NCBI RefSeq assembly: GCF_006345805.1
Contig: NC_043007.1
Coordinates: 34,844,001 to 34,908,000, forward strand
Length of the DNA stretch: 64,000 bases
DNA from: Octopus sinensis
Taxonomy: Eukaryota
Reading direction: 5' to 3'
Positions 12,631 through 25,320 of the stretch are shown here, one piece after another (the first letter of the stretch is position 1; each line of letters begins with the position of its first letter). Under the pieces are notes generated by a model. That model saw only the letters and a list, made by a program, of their open reading frames with translations. It was not told the origin of the DNA and made no database searches. The position numbers and the translations under genes were made by a program.

Positions 12631-13372
12631 CCTCAGATAGATCAAAGCTATCAGTACTTACTCAGAAGGAAAAACAATTCCAAAATTATTCACTTCATGG
12701 TATGAAGATGGTACTTATATAATTTTTTTTTGTCTGTATGTATTATATTTTTTACTTTATTTTTTCTTGTGTTTATATGTATTCTGTATTTTTCTTTTTT
12801 GCATCTTGTATATGTTGTTTTTATATGTTTATATGTTACCTTATATTTTATTATGCATTTTGTTTTCAAAATTTGTAAATGAAAACTGTGTGGAAAAAAC
12901 TCCCCCCCTTCATTTGGTTGAGCATTCAGCAGAATACCTTGTGATGTTTGGTGGCATCCACTTATATATATAAACAGGTGGTGGACCTCTTAAATCCCAT
13001 TCTAATCAATTTTGCCTTTCCTCTGCATCCTTGGGCAGTTAATAAAGTAAGAGTAACAAGTAAAATACTTGGGTCAAATATAATTTAATAATTTTTTTTA
13101 TCTCTTCCCAACTCCTTCCTGGCCACTCCTACCCTCTCTTCTATAATCTGTATAGCTATATAAAGGCGGCAAGCTGGCAGAAGCTTTAGCATGTCAGATA
13201 AAATGTTGTTCACCTGTATGTTCTGAGTTCAAATTCCGCCAAGGTCCACTTTGCCTTTCATCCTTTCCAGTCTGATAAAGGACCGAGATACCTGGTCATA
13301 CTCAAGAAAACCTATACCCTGCAGCTGAAGTGTTAAGACCAATCCTGCTGGTGGCATAAGCACTTGTGATTG

Positions 13373-14061
13373 TGTCACATAAAAGTGCTCATGCAGTGCC
13401 ACGTAAAAGCACCCATGTAGTGCCATGTAAAAGTGCTCATGCAGTCCCACACAAAATCGCCCATGCAGTGCCATGTAAAAGTGCCCATGCAGTGCCATGT
13501 AAAAGTGCTCATGCAGTGCCACATAAAAGCATCCATGCAAAGCCATGTAAAATCGCCCATACAGTGCCATGTAAAAGTGATCATGCAGTGCCATGTAAAA
13601 TCGCTCACTCAGTGCAATGTAAAAGCACCCATGTGGTGCCATGTAAAAGTGCTCATGCAGTGCCACGTAAAATCGCTCATGCTGTTCCATGTAAAATCGC
13701 CCATGTGGTGCCATGTAAAAGTGCTCATGCAGTGCCGCGTAAAATCGCCCATGTGGTGCCATGTAAAAGTGCTCATGCGATGCCATGTAAAATTGCCCAT
13801 GCAGTGCCTGTTTGGTGTGCCATGTAAAAGCACCCATGCAGTGCCATGTAAAAGAGCTCATGCAGTGCCATATAAAAGTGGCTATGTAGTGCCATGTAAA
13901 AGTGCCCATGTGACACCACTTAAAAGCGCCCATGTGGTACCATATGAAAGTGCCTCTGTGGGTCACATTGGAGCCATGTAAAAGCTCCCATACAGTGTCA
14001 CATAAAAGTGCCCACGCGATGTCACATAAAAATGCCTGTGCGGTGCCACATAAAAGCACCC
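13373..14061 (+). repeat. 24-bp minisatellite (GTGCCATGTAAAAGTGCTCATGCA)n, ~28 units, inside a family D SINE
   Basis: Clear periodicity that runs directly into the SINE D 3' body at ~14060. Explains the ORFs between 13229 and 14068. Confidence 0.9.
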
Positions 14062-15133
14062 AGAACACTCTGTAAAGTGGTTGGCATTAGAAAGGGCATC
14101 AGCTGTAGAAACCATGCCAAATCTGACTGGAGTTCAGTGCAGCTCCCTGACTTGCCAGCTCTGGTCAAGCCATCCAACCCATACCAGCATGGTCAATGGA
14201 CATTAAATGATGATGATGATTATGATGATAACGATCATGAACACTGGGACCACTGTCATTGACCTGCTTCTTCTGCCGAAATTGTGCCTTGTGCCAAAAT
14301 TTGAGACCGATGTCTATCTATTCTGTTTTAGCTCCATGTCTCATATATTAACCCCCACCCCCTACATCTAGCATAAAGCTACCTCCCTCTCTGTTGTAGT
14401 GACACTCAGGACATCTTAGTCTTGCAAACTGCTGCATGGCAACTTCACTAGTGCTGGTGCCAGGGAAAAAAAGCATCCAGTACACACTGTAAGGTGGTTG
14501 GGTTAGGAAAGGCATCCAGTTGTAGAAGCCATATCAAGGCTGACAAGGTTGCATGATGCAGTTTTCCAACCTGTCAGATCTTGTCAAAAGGCAGTGAGCT
14601 GGCAGAATCGTTAGCACGCCAGTGAAATGCTTAGTGGTATTTTGCCTGCCGTTACATTCTGAGTTCAAATTCCGCCTAGGTTGATTTTGCCTTTCCTCCT
14701 TTCGGGGTCGATAAATTAAGTACCAGTTACACACTGAGGTCGATGTAATCGACTTAATCCCTGTCTGTCTTTGTTTGTCCCCTCTATGTTTAGCCCCTTG
14801 TGGGCAATAAAGAAATAAGATCTTGTCAAAATATCTGACCCATGCTAACATCGAACATGGATGTTAAACAATGATGATGAAGATGATTTTTCTAATCTCT
14901 TAGTGGCTTCAGCAACTTCTGTACAGGGTTTCTGATGTGAATTGTATCAATTCCAATTCTGTAGCTCTCTATTTCAACATGTCCATCAAAAGTTGAAAGG
15001 CAAAATTCACACTTAGTATAAAGGAACATAACAATAATGTATTTTTGCCTAATGGCCAACCAATTCCACCCTCAAGTATACAGTGTGTGTGTGTGTGTGT
15101 ATACTTTTTTTATTAAAGCTGCAGAAACATCAC

Positions 15134-15174
15134 AAAATTACTCCGAGTTTCACATTTTTGTTCATCAGACAGTT
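15134..15174 (-). ncRNA. Type I hammerhead-like motif; core intact, 3' strand of stem I partly deleted
   Basis: Minus strand: AACTGT-CTGATGA-ACA AAAA TGT-GAAA-CTCGGAG-TA-ATTTT. Confidence 0.55.
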
Positions 15175-15297
15175 CTGATCAAGACTGGAATAAAATTGGT
15201 ACATGTAATATATGATTTGATATAATCTAATTTGATGAATAAGCATTTGAATTTGATTGGGTTATGTCTGGGGAGGGTCATTTTCTTTTTGTGCCTT

Positions 15298-15500
15298 ATA
15301 ATTTAACACACTCACCAGTAAAATTTCCACTCATTTCTTATTTTTATTTTCCGAAAATTTTCATTGTGTCTTGCAACCTTTTCAATAGTCTTTATCATGA
15401 TGGCAAATACTACTGAAAAGGTTGCAAGACTCAATGAAAATTTTCGGAAAATAAAAATAAGAAATAAGTGGAAATTTTACTTGTGAGTGTGTTAAATTAT
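15298..15500. repeat. Fold-back element: 92-bp inverted arms with a 19-nt loop
   Basis: 15298-15389 is the reverse complement of 15409-15500 with few mismatches. Confidence 0.9.
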
Positions 15501-16476
15501 GACAAAGATCAAGGTGTACCGGGCTGTTGTTCTCACAACACTGCTTTATGGCTGTGAGTCCTGGACGGTCTACCAGCGTCATGCCAGGAAGCTGAACCAC
15601 TTTCATACAATATGCCTCAGAAAACTTCTTGGCATAAAGTGGCAGGACAGGATCCCCGACACCGAGGTACTAATCCGTGCTAACCTGCCCAGTCTTGATG
15701 CAGTCTCAGCTTCACTGGGCAGGGCACATAGCTCGCATATCAGACGATTGATTACCAAGAAGATTGTGTTGGTGGCACATAAAAAACACCATCCGAGCGT
15801 GGCCGTTTGCCAGCCTCGTCTGGCACCTGTGTCGGTGGCACATAAAAAACACCATCCGAGCGTGGCCATTCGCCAGCCTCGTCTGGCACCTGTGTCGGTG
15901 GCACATAAAAAGCACCCACTACACTCACGGAGTGCTTGGCGTTAGGAAGGGCATCCAGCTGTAGAAACACTGCCAGATCTGACTGGCCTGGTGCAGCCTT
16001 CGGGCTTCCCAGACCCCAGTTGAACCGTCCAACCCATGCTAGCATGGAAAGCGGACGTTAAACGATGATGGTGATGATGATGATAATTGCTCTTTAGCGA
16101 GCTACAAAAGGGAAAGCACTCACAAGGCGGCCACAAGAAGCACTTTAAAGACACGCTGAAAGCCTTCAACATCGACCATGACACTTGGGAGCAGTCTGCT
16201 CTAGAAAGAGAAGGGTAGCGATCAGCTGTCCACAAGGGTGCCAACACATGCGAGACCAATAGGATCGCTGCTGCAGAAGACCGAAGACAAGCCAGGAAGA
16301 ACAGAGCTAACAACCCTGTAGCAGGCGCTACCATTCCCTGTCCACACTGTCAAAGACTTTTTCGGGCGCAGATTGGCCTCACTAGCCATCTGCAGACTCA
16401 CAAAACAGGCCAACCCCCACCCCAGGATGACTAGATGGTCTTCGTTGCATCGACAGACAAACTACATTCAGTAGTC
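15501..16476 (+). mobile_element. RTE (BovB-like) LINE 3' end, interrupted by SINE D at ~15765-16085
   Basis: TKIKVYRAVVLTTLLYGCESWTVYQRHARKLNHFHTICLRKLLGIKWQDRIPDTEVL. After the SINE: ELQKGKHSQGGHKKHFKDTLK and a terminal C2H2 finger CPHCQRLFRAQIGLTSHLQTH. Confidence 0.9.
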
Positions 16477-16797
16477 TTGATTGGGTTTCTCATTTTCAAA
16501 ATATAAACGGTGTTATATTTTCTAATGGTTGGGCAGGTTGGGGGTGTATAAATTGAACAGTAAAATATAAATATATTATATTATATTATATATCAACAAA
16601 AAAAACCTTGAGTGAAGAAGGGGGTAATGCATGTTCAATTTATACACCTCCAACCCACCCAACTGTTAGCAAATACAACACTGTTTAGGTTTTGAAAATA
16701 AGTTATCCAATGAAATCCAAATGCTTATTCACCAAATTGGATTATACCAAATCAATTATCACATATATCATTGCAATTTTATTCCCACCTTGATTAG

Positions 16798-16839
16798 AAC
16801 TGTCTAAGAAACAGAAACGTAAAACTCTGAGTAACAGTT
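16798..16839 (+). ncRNA. Degenerate type I hammerhead; stem I intact, core mutated; inverted paralog of 15134-15174
   Basis: AACTGT-CTAAGAA-ACAGAAACGT-AAAA-CTCTGAG-TA-ACAGTT. Confidence 0.45.
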
Positions 16840-16999
16840 TTATGATGTTTTTGCAGCTTTAGTATAAAAGCATATTACTCTACCTTTGGTATTTGAGTAC
16901 TATTTTTTCCACCTTGTTTTGCATTTATGTGCTTACTCGCATGTGTGTATGAATATGTATATATATGTATGCATGTGTGTGTGTGTGTGTGTGTATGTA

Positions 17000-17052
<53 letters not shown>

Positions 17053-17058
<6 letters not shown>

Positions 17059-17476
17059 AGTACAATGAACGTAAACAAACAAATGAAGTTTGCTATAGAA
17101 GCGTTGAGATGTCTTAGAAAGTTAAAGAAGTGATTTTAAATTCTCAAACGCAGGATAATGCTAACAATATAGCCTGGACAGGATAAGCTACCCATATTTT
17201 GCATAAAAAAGTGTTGGCGGCCAGCTATGAGACTCGAACTCACACCTCCATGATTACGTGTTGCAGTGCTCTGAACCAATTAAGCTAAACTGCCCACACC
17301 ACAAATTCTTCCGTAAATTTAAGATATATAGAAATCTCACTTTATGAGACACTATCATTTGTTAAATTCAAATTACGATGAATGTAAACAAACAAACGAA
17401 GCTTGCTTTAGAAGTGCTGAGATGTCTTAGAAAGTTAAAGAAGTGATTTTAAATTCTCAAATGCAGGACAATGCTA
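17053..17476. repeat. Partial tandem unit (period 313 bp): 111-bp direct repeats enclosing a tRNA-like sequence
   Basis: 17053-17163 matches 17366-17476. Confidence 0.8.
17219..17295 (-). pseudogene. tRNA-like sequence with downstream T6
   Basis: GGGCAGTTTAGCTTAATTGGTTCAGAGC...GAGTTCGAGTCTCATAGCTGGCC has A and B boxes but an imperfect anticodon arm. Confidence 0.65.
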
Positions 17477-18454
17477 TATACACGCGCTCATACACACTCA
17501 TACACATACACGCACATCTAGCTAAATATTTACATATTTATAACCTTAGAGGTGCCACAAAAATTTCTATTTACCAAATTTCATTTGTCTGGATTTGGTC
17601 AACTCATGTGCCCAAGGTGCCATGCAGTGATACCTTTGGCAACCCATTCTTTGCATCCTCTCCACCCTATTGATATGATCCAGAGACAAACTGAGGCAAG
17701 AAATCCAGTATCAAAATAGGTGACAGACTCAGAGATGTGAGTGTGCCACCATGATGTCATGTGTAAGCAGAAGATTCCCCAAAATGTCCAGTGCCATACC
17801 TGGCATATCTGGTTTTATATCAGAGTGACCTCCAATGGACATGCTTTAACAAAAGCTGAAGTGTCATTCAAACCCTTTTATTCTTTTACTTGTTTCTGTC
17901 ATCTGACTGTAGCCATGCTGGAGCACCACCTTAAAGGCTTTTCTAGTTGAAGAAATCGACCCCAGGACTTATTCTTTGTAAGCCTAGTACTTATTCTATC
18001 GGTCTCTCTTGCCAAACCGCTAAGGTATGGGGACATAAACACACCAGCATTAGTTGTCAAACGATGGCGGGTGGGATGAAAACAGACATACACACAAGCA
18101 CACACACACACATATGGAGCACTCCATCAGTTACAACGAGGGTCCCAGCTAATATGATCAACAGAATAGAATAGCTTGCTCGTGAAATTAACGTGCAAGG
18201 GGCTGAGCAATCCACAGACACGTGTACCCTTAACATAGTTCCTAGGGAGATTCAGCATGACACAGAGTGTGACAAAGCTGGCCCTTTGAAATTAAGGTAC
18301 AACTCATTTTTGCCAGCTGAGTGGACTGGAGCAACGTGAAATAAAGTGTCTTGCTCAAGGACACAGTGCTTCACCGGGAATTGAACTCACAACCTTACAA
18401 TCATGAGTCAAATGCCCTAACCACTAAGCCATGTGCCTTCACACACACATATAT

Positions 18455-18676
18455 ATAACTCCAAGAAAGTTAGGGGTTGTGGAGTCCAACCCACTAAGGG
18501 ATAATATCTATCCAATATACTGTAGGTATAATGCCCAATTATTAATACACAAGTGTATTTTATTGCATTGCAATTAACTTACCTAGTGTATTAAATGGGT
18601 GAAGGTAAAGAGATATTTTACCATTAATTTATATTGCAAATAAGAGAAAATGGAGAAGCACAATAGTTGGTTCATC
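18455..18676. repeat. Unclassified interspersed repeat abutting (TA)n; second copy at 28255-28480
   Basis: CCAAG(A/T)AAGTTAGGGGTTGTGGA...GGAGAAGCACA(A/T)TAGTTGGTTCAT is present in both copies. Confidence 0.75.
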
Positions 18677-19534
18677 AACTTTAGGACATTAAATATGTTA
18701 ACTTATTTATTTATTAAAATGATAAATATAATAACATACATATATATAGTATATTATTCTATAATATGCTATATGTATGTATGTTATAATTATCATTTAT
18801 ATATATATATCCAGGCTTCTTTCAGTTTCCATCTACCAAATCCACTCACAAGGCTTTGGTTGGCCCGAAGCTATAGTAGAAAACACTTGCCCAAGGTGCC
18901 ACACAATGGGACTGAACCTGGAACCATGTAGTTGGGAAGCAAACTTCTAACCACACAGCCACGCATGTATACATACATTTATGTATACACATATATGAAT
19001 GTGTTTGTATATTTATATTTATTTTTACGCCTTTATTGTATTTTGTTTATTTTTATGCTTTCCATTTAAGTTTTTATTTCTGTTATTTATGTTTTTTTGT
19101 TTATTATATTTATTTGCTTTCATTTTCTTTTTTCCTCCTGTTTTTTTCTTTTTCTTTTTTTTTCTCAGCCTCATATTGTGTCCATGTCCAAATCATCGTC
19201 ACCCTCACCGGCTCGTTACTCGCTAACCGCAAATAATTATTACGGTAATAATTATCACGAAGATAGCGACGACGATGGTGGTGGTGGTGTTGGTGTTGGC
19301 GGTAGTATTATCGGTGTCAATGGTGGTGGTGGTCGTGGCAATAGTGGCGTCGGTGTTTGCAATGATGATGATGTTGATAATGATGACAAGGATTACTTGC
19401 ATATGAAAATATATCCTGTGTTTTAAAAGCGCCTCTCCCCCACCCCCCGGAAGAATTACAGAAAAAAAAACAATTTAAAAACAAAAGGAAAAAACCATAA
19501 AATACATAGAATCAAGCATGAGGACGAGAAGACT

Positions 19535-20035
19535 GTCAATGATGATGATGATGATTCTGGTGATGATGATGATGATGATGATGATGATTATGATGGTTAC
19601 TGTTGCAGTGGTGAGGACTATTTACTTATGAGGTTGTACCCTGGATTGTCAGAGCCAGAAATAGATTTGGTGGGTGAGATTCAATAAAGGTGGTGGTGGT
19701 GATGATGATGATGATGATGATTATTGTGGTGGTGGTGGTGGTGGTGATGATGATGATGATGATTATTATGGTGGTGGTGGTGGTAGTGGATGGATGCTGG
19801 TGTGAAATGTAATTGTCTATGCAGAGAATGATGATGATGATGATGATGATAGTTATTGTGCTGATTGTGGTGGTGGTGGTAGTGATGGTGGTGGTTGTGG
19901 TGGTGGTGGTGGTGGTGGTGATGGTGGTGGTGGTGGTTGTGGTGGTGGTGGTGGTGTTGGATGGATGCTGGTGTGAAATGTAATTGTTTATGCAGAGAAT
20001 GATGATGATGATGATGACGATGACGATGACGACAG
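19535..20035. repeat. (GAT)n/(GGT)n compound microsatellite with a duplicated ~45-bp unique core
   Basis: TGGATGGATGCTGGTGTGAAATGTAATTGT(C/T)TATGCAGAGAATG occurs at ~19787 and ~19958. Confidence 0.85.
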
Positions 20036-20112
20036 TGACTGATAATAATCTAAATGTATTCTTCACAGAAATGTAAGTATGAAAATACCACAGAAGCCAA
20101 CCCCAAGAAACA

Positions 20113-20154
<42 letters not shown>

Positions 20155-20284
20155 TACACACACACACACACACAAATAAAATGCGTTAAATGATGAGAGT
20201 AACACTGCATTAGCAGCAGTGGTCAATTAGGGACAGTTATGCTTGTCAGTCCCCTTTGGTCAGTTATGGCCAAACACACTAAGT

Positions 20285-21082
20285 TAGTGGTTCTGGACCA
20301 GGGTCCGTATAACCCTTAGGGGTCCATGAAACATTTATGTACAATAAATTGCTTGTTCTTCTACAATACACTTTACCTTTTACTTTTTTACCTGTTTCGG
20401 TCATTTGACTGCGGCCATGCTAGAGCACTGCCTTTTAGTCGAGCAAATCGCCCCCCGGACTTATTCTTTGTAAGCCTAGTACTTATTCTATCAGTCACTT
20501 TTCCAGAACTGCTAGGTTACGGGGATGTAAGCACACCAGCATCGGTTGTCAAGCAAAGTTGGGTGGGGGGGGACAAACACTGACGCACAAACATATACAT
20601 ACACACATACATATATAAATATATATATATACGACGGGCTTCTTTCAGTTTCCGTCTACTAGATCCACTCACAAGGCTTTGGTCAGCCCGAGGCTATAGT
20701 AGAAGACACCTGCCCAAGATGCCACGCAGTGGGACTGAACCCGGAGCCATGTGGTTGGTAAGCCAGCTACTTACCACATAGCCACTCCTACGCCTCACAC
20801 AAGGCTTTGGTCAGCCCGAGGCAATAGTAGAAGACACCTGCCCAAGATGCCACGCAGTGGGACTGAACCCGGAGCCATGTGGTTGGTAAGCAAGCTACTT
20901 ACCACATAGCCACTCCTACGCCTCAAAATATTTTAAGAGTTTTTTTTAATACAATTCCTAATAATATTTAAGTGTAGGAGTATTGTAAGCCTTTTTTAAA
21001 ATACTGAATGGCTATGAGGGTCCACCTGATTGAAATAGGAATCAGAAGGGTCCACAGATATAAAAATGGCTGAGAAATACTG
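20285..21082. mobile_element. hAT-type MITE with a SINE A insertion
   Basis: Termini TAGTGGTTCT / AGAAATACTG. 8-bp target-site duplication CACTAAGT/CACTAAGG at 20277-20284 and 21083-21090. Confidence 0.7.
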
Positions 21083-22640
21083 CACTAAGGCATTATCTGT
21101 TGCAGTGATCATTTATGTTCAATCACAGGGGACTGAGTAAATAATTTGACCATCCAAATGCAGTATGTATATTATTCATGTCTACTGGAATAAAATACAG
21201 ATGTGAGACCACAGCAGTTACTGTTCTTCCTTGTATTTCTATTTCTTTACTGCCCACAAGGGGCTTAACACAGAGAAGTCGATTATATCAACCCCAGTGC
21301 ATAACTGGTACTTATTTAATCAACCCCGAAAGGATGAAAGGCAAAGTCGACATCGGCGGAATTTGAACTCAGAATGTAGCGACAAGACGAAATACTGCTA
21401 AGCATTTCACCCAGCGTGCTAACGTTTCTGCCAGCTTGTCACCTTTCTACCTTGTATTTCTGTGAGATGAAGGGGTTAGAACCACTTCATCAGGACTCAT
21501 GGAGAAATGGGAGATAATATAGAGGTGTTATCCCTTCTCAGATATGTGGCAGAGGTTAGTGACATACATAGACTTGCTGGTCTGCCTTATGTAGTTCTCA
21601 CGTGTTGTCCTGATGAAGGTGAGCTAATGCTGAAATATTGAAGTAATACAAAGTAAAACATTACCTGTTGCTTCATTTAGACATTTTTATTTTATTAATT
21701 CTGCACTGTTTTGGAATTTTAACAAGTCTTTATCTAATCTAATATCACACAATGCTTCACCCAAACCCTCTCTCCTCCCCCGTCTCTCTCTCGGAGAGGC
21801 ACAAGCAGCTGCACACACATGCTGGTGGCACGTAAAAAGCACCCACTACACTCTCGGAGTGGTTGGCGTTAGGAAGGCATCCAGCTGTAGAAACTCTGCC
21901 AGATCAGATTGGAGTTTGGTGCAGCCTTCTGGCTTGCCAGTCCTCAGTCAAACCGTCCAACACATGATAGCATGGAAAATGGACGTTAAACAATGATGAT
22001 GATGATGATGATGATGATGATATATATATATATATATATATATAAAGTTAATCCAAACAAGAAAACAAAGAAAAAAACACAGCAACGCGAGGACGTGGAA
22101 CAATTAAAGTATTATTTGACGCTCAGGAAAGAAGGGAAGGAATATATATATATATATATATATATAGACTGGGTGGTGTGTTGTGTTCTTGAACAAAATC
22201 ACATTATCTCCTGTTGCTCTGCGATCGATTTACACACCCAACATGTGGCACACAAGTGCACCAGTTCAAACAACATCGATTTTATGGAGAGAGTGAGCTA
22301 ATGTGCAGGACAAACATTTGATCACTAGAAACAAACCATTTGTGTAGGTTGTTCGGCAAAAAGCTGGACTCTCAGACATCTTCTTTGATAGGAGAGTTTA
22401 CTCTTTTACTCAACTGTCTGATGACCAGAAAAACTCTTCTACTCTTTTACTTGTTTCAGTCATCTGACTGCGGCCATGCTGGAGCACCGCCTTTAGTCAA
22501 GCAAATCGACCGCAGGACTTATTCTTTGTAAGCCTAGTACTCATTGTATCGGTCTCATTTGCTGAACCACTAAGTTACGCGGCCCTAAACACACCAGCAT
22601 CAGTTGTCAAGCGATGTTGGTGGGACAAACACACACACAA

Positions 22641-22689
<49 letters not shown>

Positions 22690-22856
22690 CATATGTACGA
22701 CGGGCTTCTTTCAGTTTCTGTCTACCAAATCCACTCACACGGCTTTGGTCAATCCCCAGCTATGGTAAAAGACACTTGCTCAAGTTACGGGGCCCTAAAC
22801 ACACCAGCATCGGTTATCAAGCGATGTTGGGGGGACAAACACACACACACAACACA

Positions 22857-22929
<73 letters not shown>

Positions 22930-22945
<16 letters not shown>

Positions 22946-23254
22946 CGACGGGCTTCTTTCAGTTTCTGTCTACCAAATCCACTGACACGGCTTTGGTCAA
23001 TCCCCAGCTATAGTAAAAGACACTTGCTCAAGTAGCTACGCAGTGGGACTGAACCCGGAACCATGTGGTTGGTAAGCATGCTACTTACCACACAGCCACT
23101 CCATCATCATATATACATATATCTGTCTATATTTCTAATGAACAATCCTAAAGGGAATCACACTTGGAAGTTGGTAAGAAAGAGTAGATGTCCTACAGTG
23201 ATTATTATCTTGGTATGATGCACACACACACACACACAACACACACACACACAC

Positions 23255-23319
<65 letters not shown>

Positions 23320-23593
23320 CGACGGGCTTCTTTCAGTTTCTGTCTACCAAATCCACTGACACGGCTTTGGTCAATCCCCAGCTATAGTAAAAGACACTTG
23401 CTCAAGTAGCTACGCAGTGGGACTGAACCCGGAACCATGTGGTTGGTAAGCATGCTACTTACCACACAGCCACTCCATCATCATATATACATATATCTGT
23501 CTATATTTCTAATGAACAATCCTAAAGGGAATCACACTTGGAAGTTGGTAAGAAAGAGTAGATGTCCTACAAGTGATTATTATCTTGGTATGA

Positions 23594-23620
<27 letters not shown>
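22930..23620. repeat. Near-identical tandem duplication (~370-390 bp) of a SINE A 5' half plus unique flank
   Basis: 22930-23235 matches 23305-23620, including the unique AATCCTAAAGGGAATCACACTTGGAAG stretch. Confidence 0.85.
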
Positions 23621-23626
<6 letters not shown>

Positions 23627-24431
23627 TCTTTTACTTGTTTCAGTCATTTGACTGGGGCCATGCTGGAGCACCGCCTTTAGTCGAGCAAATCAACGCCAGG
23701 ACTTATTCTTTGGAAGCCTAGTACCTATTCTATCGGTCTCTATTACCGAACCGCTAAGTTACGGGGACGTAAACTCACCAGTGATGTTGGGGGGACAAAC
23801 ACAGACACACAAACATACGCACACACTCATACACACATACATATATATACGTAAACATATATATGTAAAAAGGCGGTTAGCTGGCAGAAACGTTAGCACG
23901 CCGGGCAAAATGCGTAGCCGTATTTCGTCTGTCGTTACGTTCCGAGTTCAAATTCCGCCGAGGTGACTTTGCCTTTCATCCTTTCGGGGTCGATAAATTA
24001 AGTACCAGTTACGCACTGGGGTCGATATAATAGACTTAATCCGTTTGTCTGTCCTTGTTTGTCCCCTCTGTGTTTAGCCCCTTGTGGGTAGTAAAGAAAT
24101 ATATATATGTAAACATATATACGACAGGCTTCTTTCAGTTTCCGTCTACGAAATCCACTCACAAGGCTTTGGTCGGCCCGAGGCTATAGTAGAAGACACT
24201 TGCCCAAGGTGCCACGCAGTGGGACTGAACCCGGAACCATGTGGTTGGTAAGCAAGCTACTTATCACATAGCCACTCCTACACATATGTACTTTGTGAGT
24301 ATGTTTTATATATAAATATACCTAAAGACAATCAAATTTTAATTGGAGAAGCACTCGATACACAAAGCACATGACATTCAGAATATGTTGACATTGACTA
24401 CAACGTTTTGCCCATGTGTGTTGTGTGTGCA

Positions 24432-24464
<33 letters not shown>

Positions 24465-24823
24465 GTGTGTGTGTGTGCGTATGTATGTATACGTGAGTAT
24501 GTGTGTCTGAAGAGGGATGTAGGTGGGTTGGTAACAGGGCTACACAGCATCATCACGTCACTGGAATTCATCCACACCAGTTCTGAGTTCAATTCTTTCC
24601 AGGGTTAACTCACATTTGCAATTGTCGACAGCCAAAGGAATAACTACCAGTAATATACTGTGGATCATTCAATCATTTATAACCTTCCCCCTTCACCCCT
24701 ATTTACCTCATACACAGTTACTGGTCTTTAACAAAATAATAATAAAAAAATAAAAAGAATTACAATCACCATTGTTCCAAATTTTATTTTTCTGTTCTTG
24801 TGTGTTGTGTGTGTGTATACATG

Positions 24824-25272
<449 letters not shown>

Positions 25273-25289
25273 TATATATATATATATAG

Positions 25290-25320
<31 letters not shown>

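Noticed and set aside
13229-14068. 279-aa His/Met-rich and 153-aa Cys/His-rich proteins
   Set aside because: These are translations of a 24-bp minisatellite that is open in several frames on both strands.
19626-20210. 194-aa Thr/Ile-rich mucin-like ORF
   Set aside because: Derived from (GGT)n, (GAT)n and (CA)n microsatellites.
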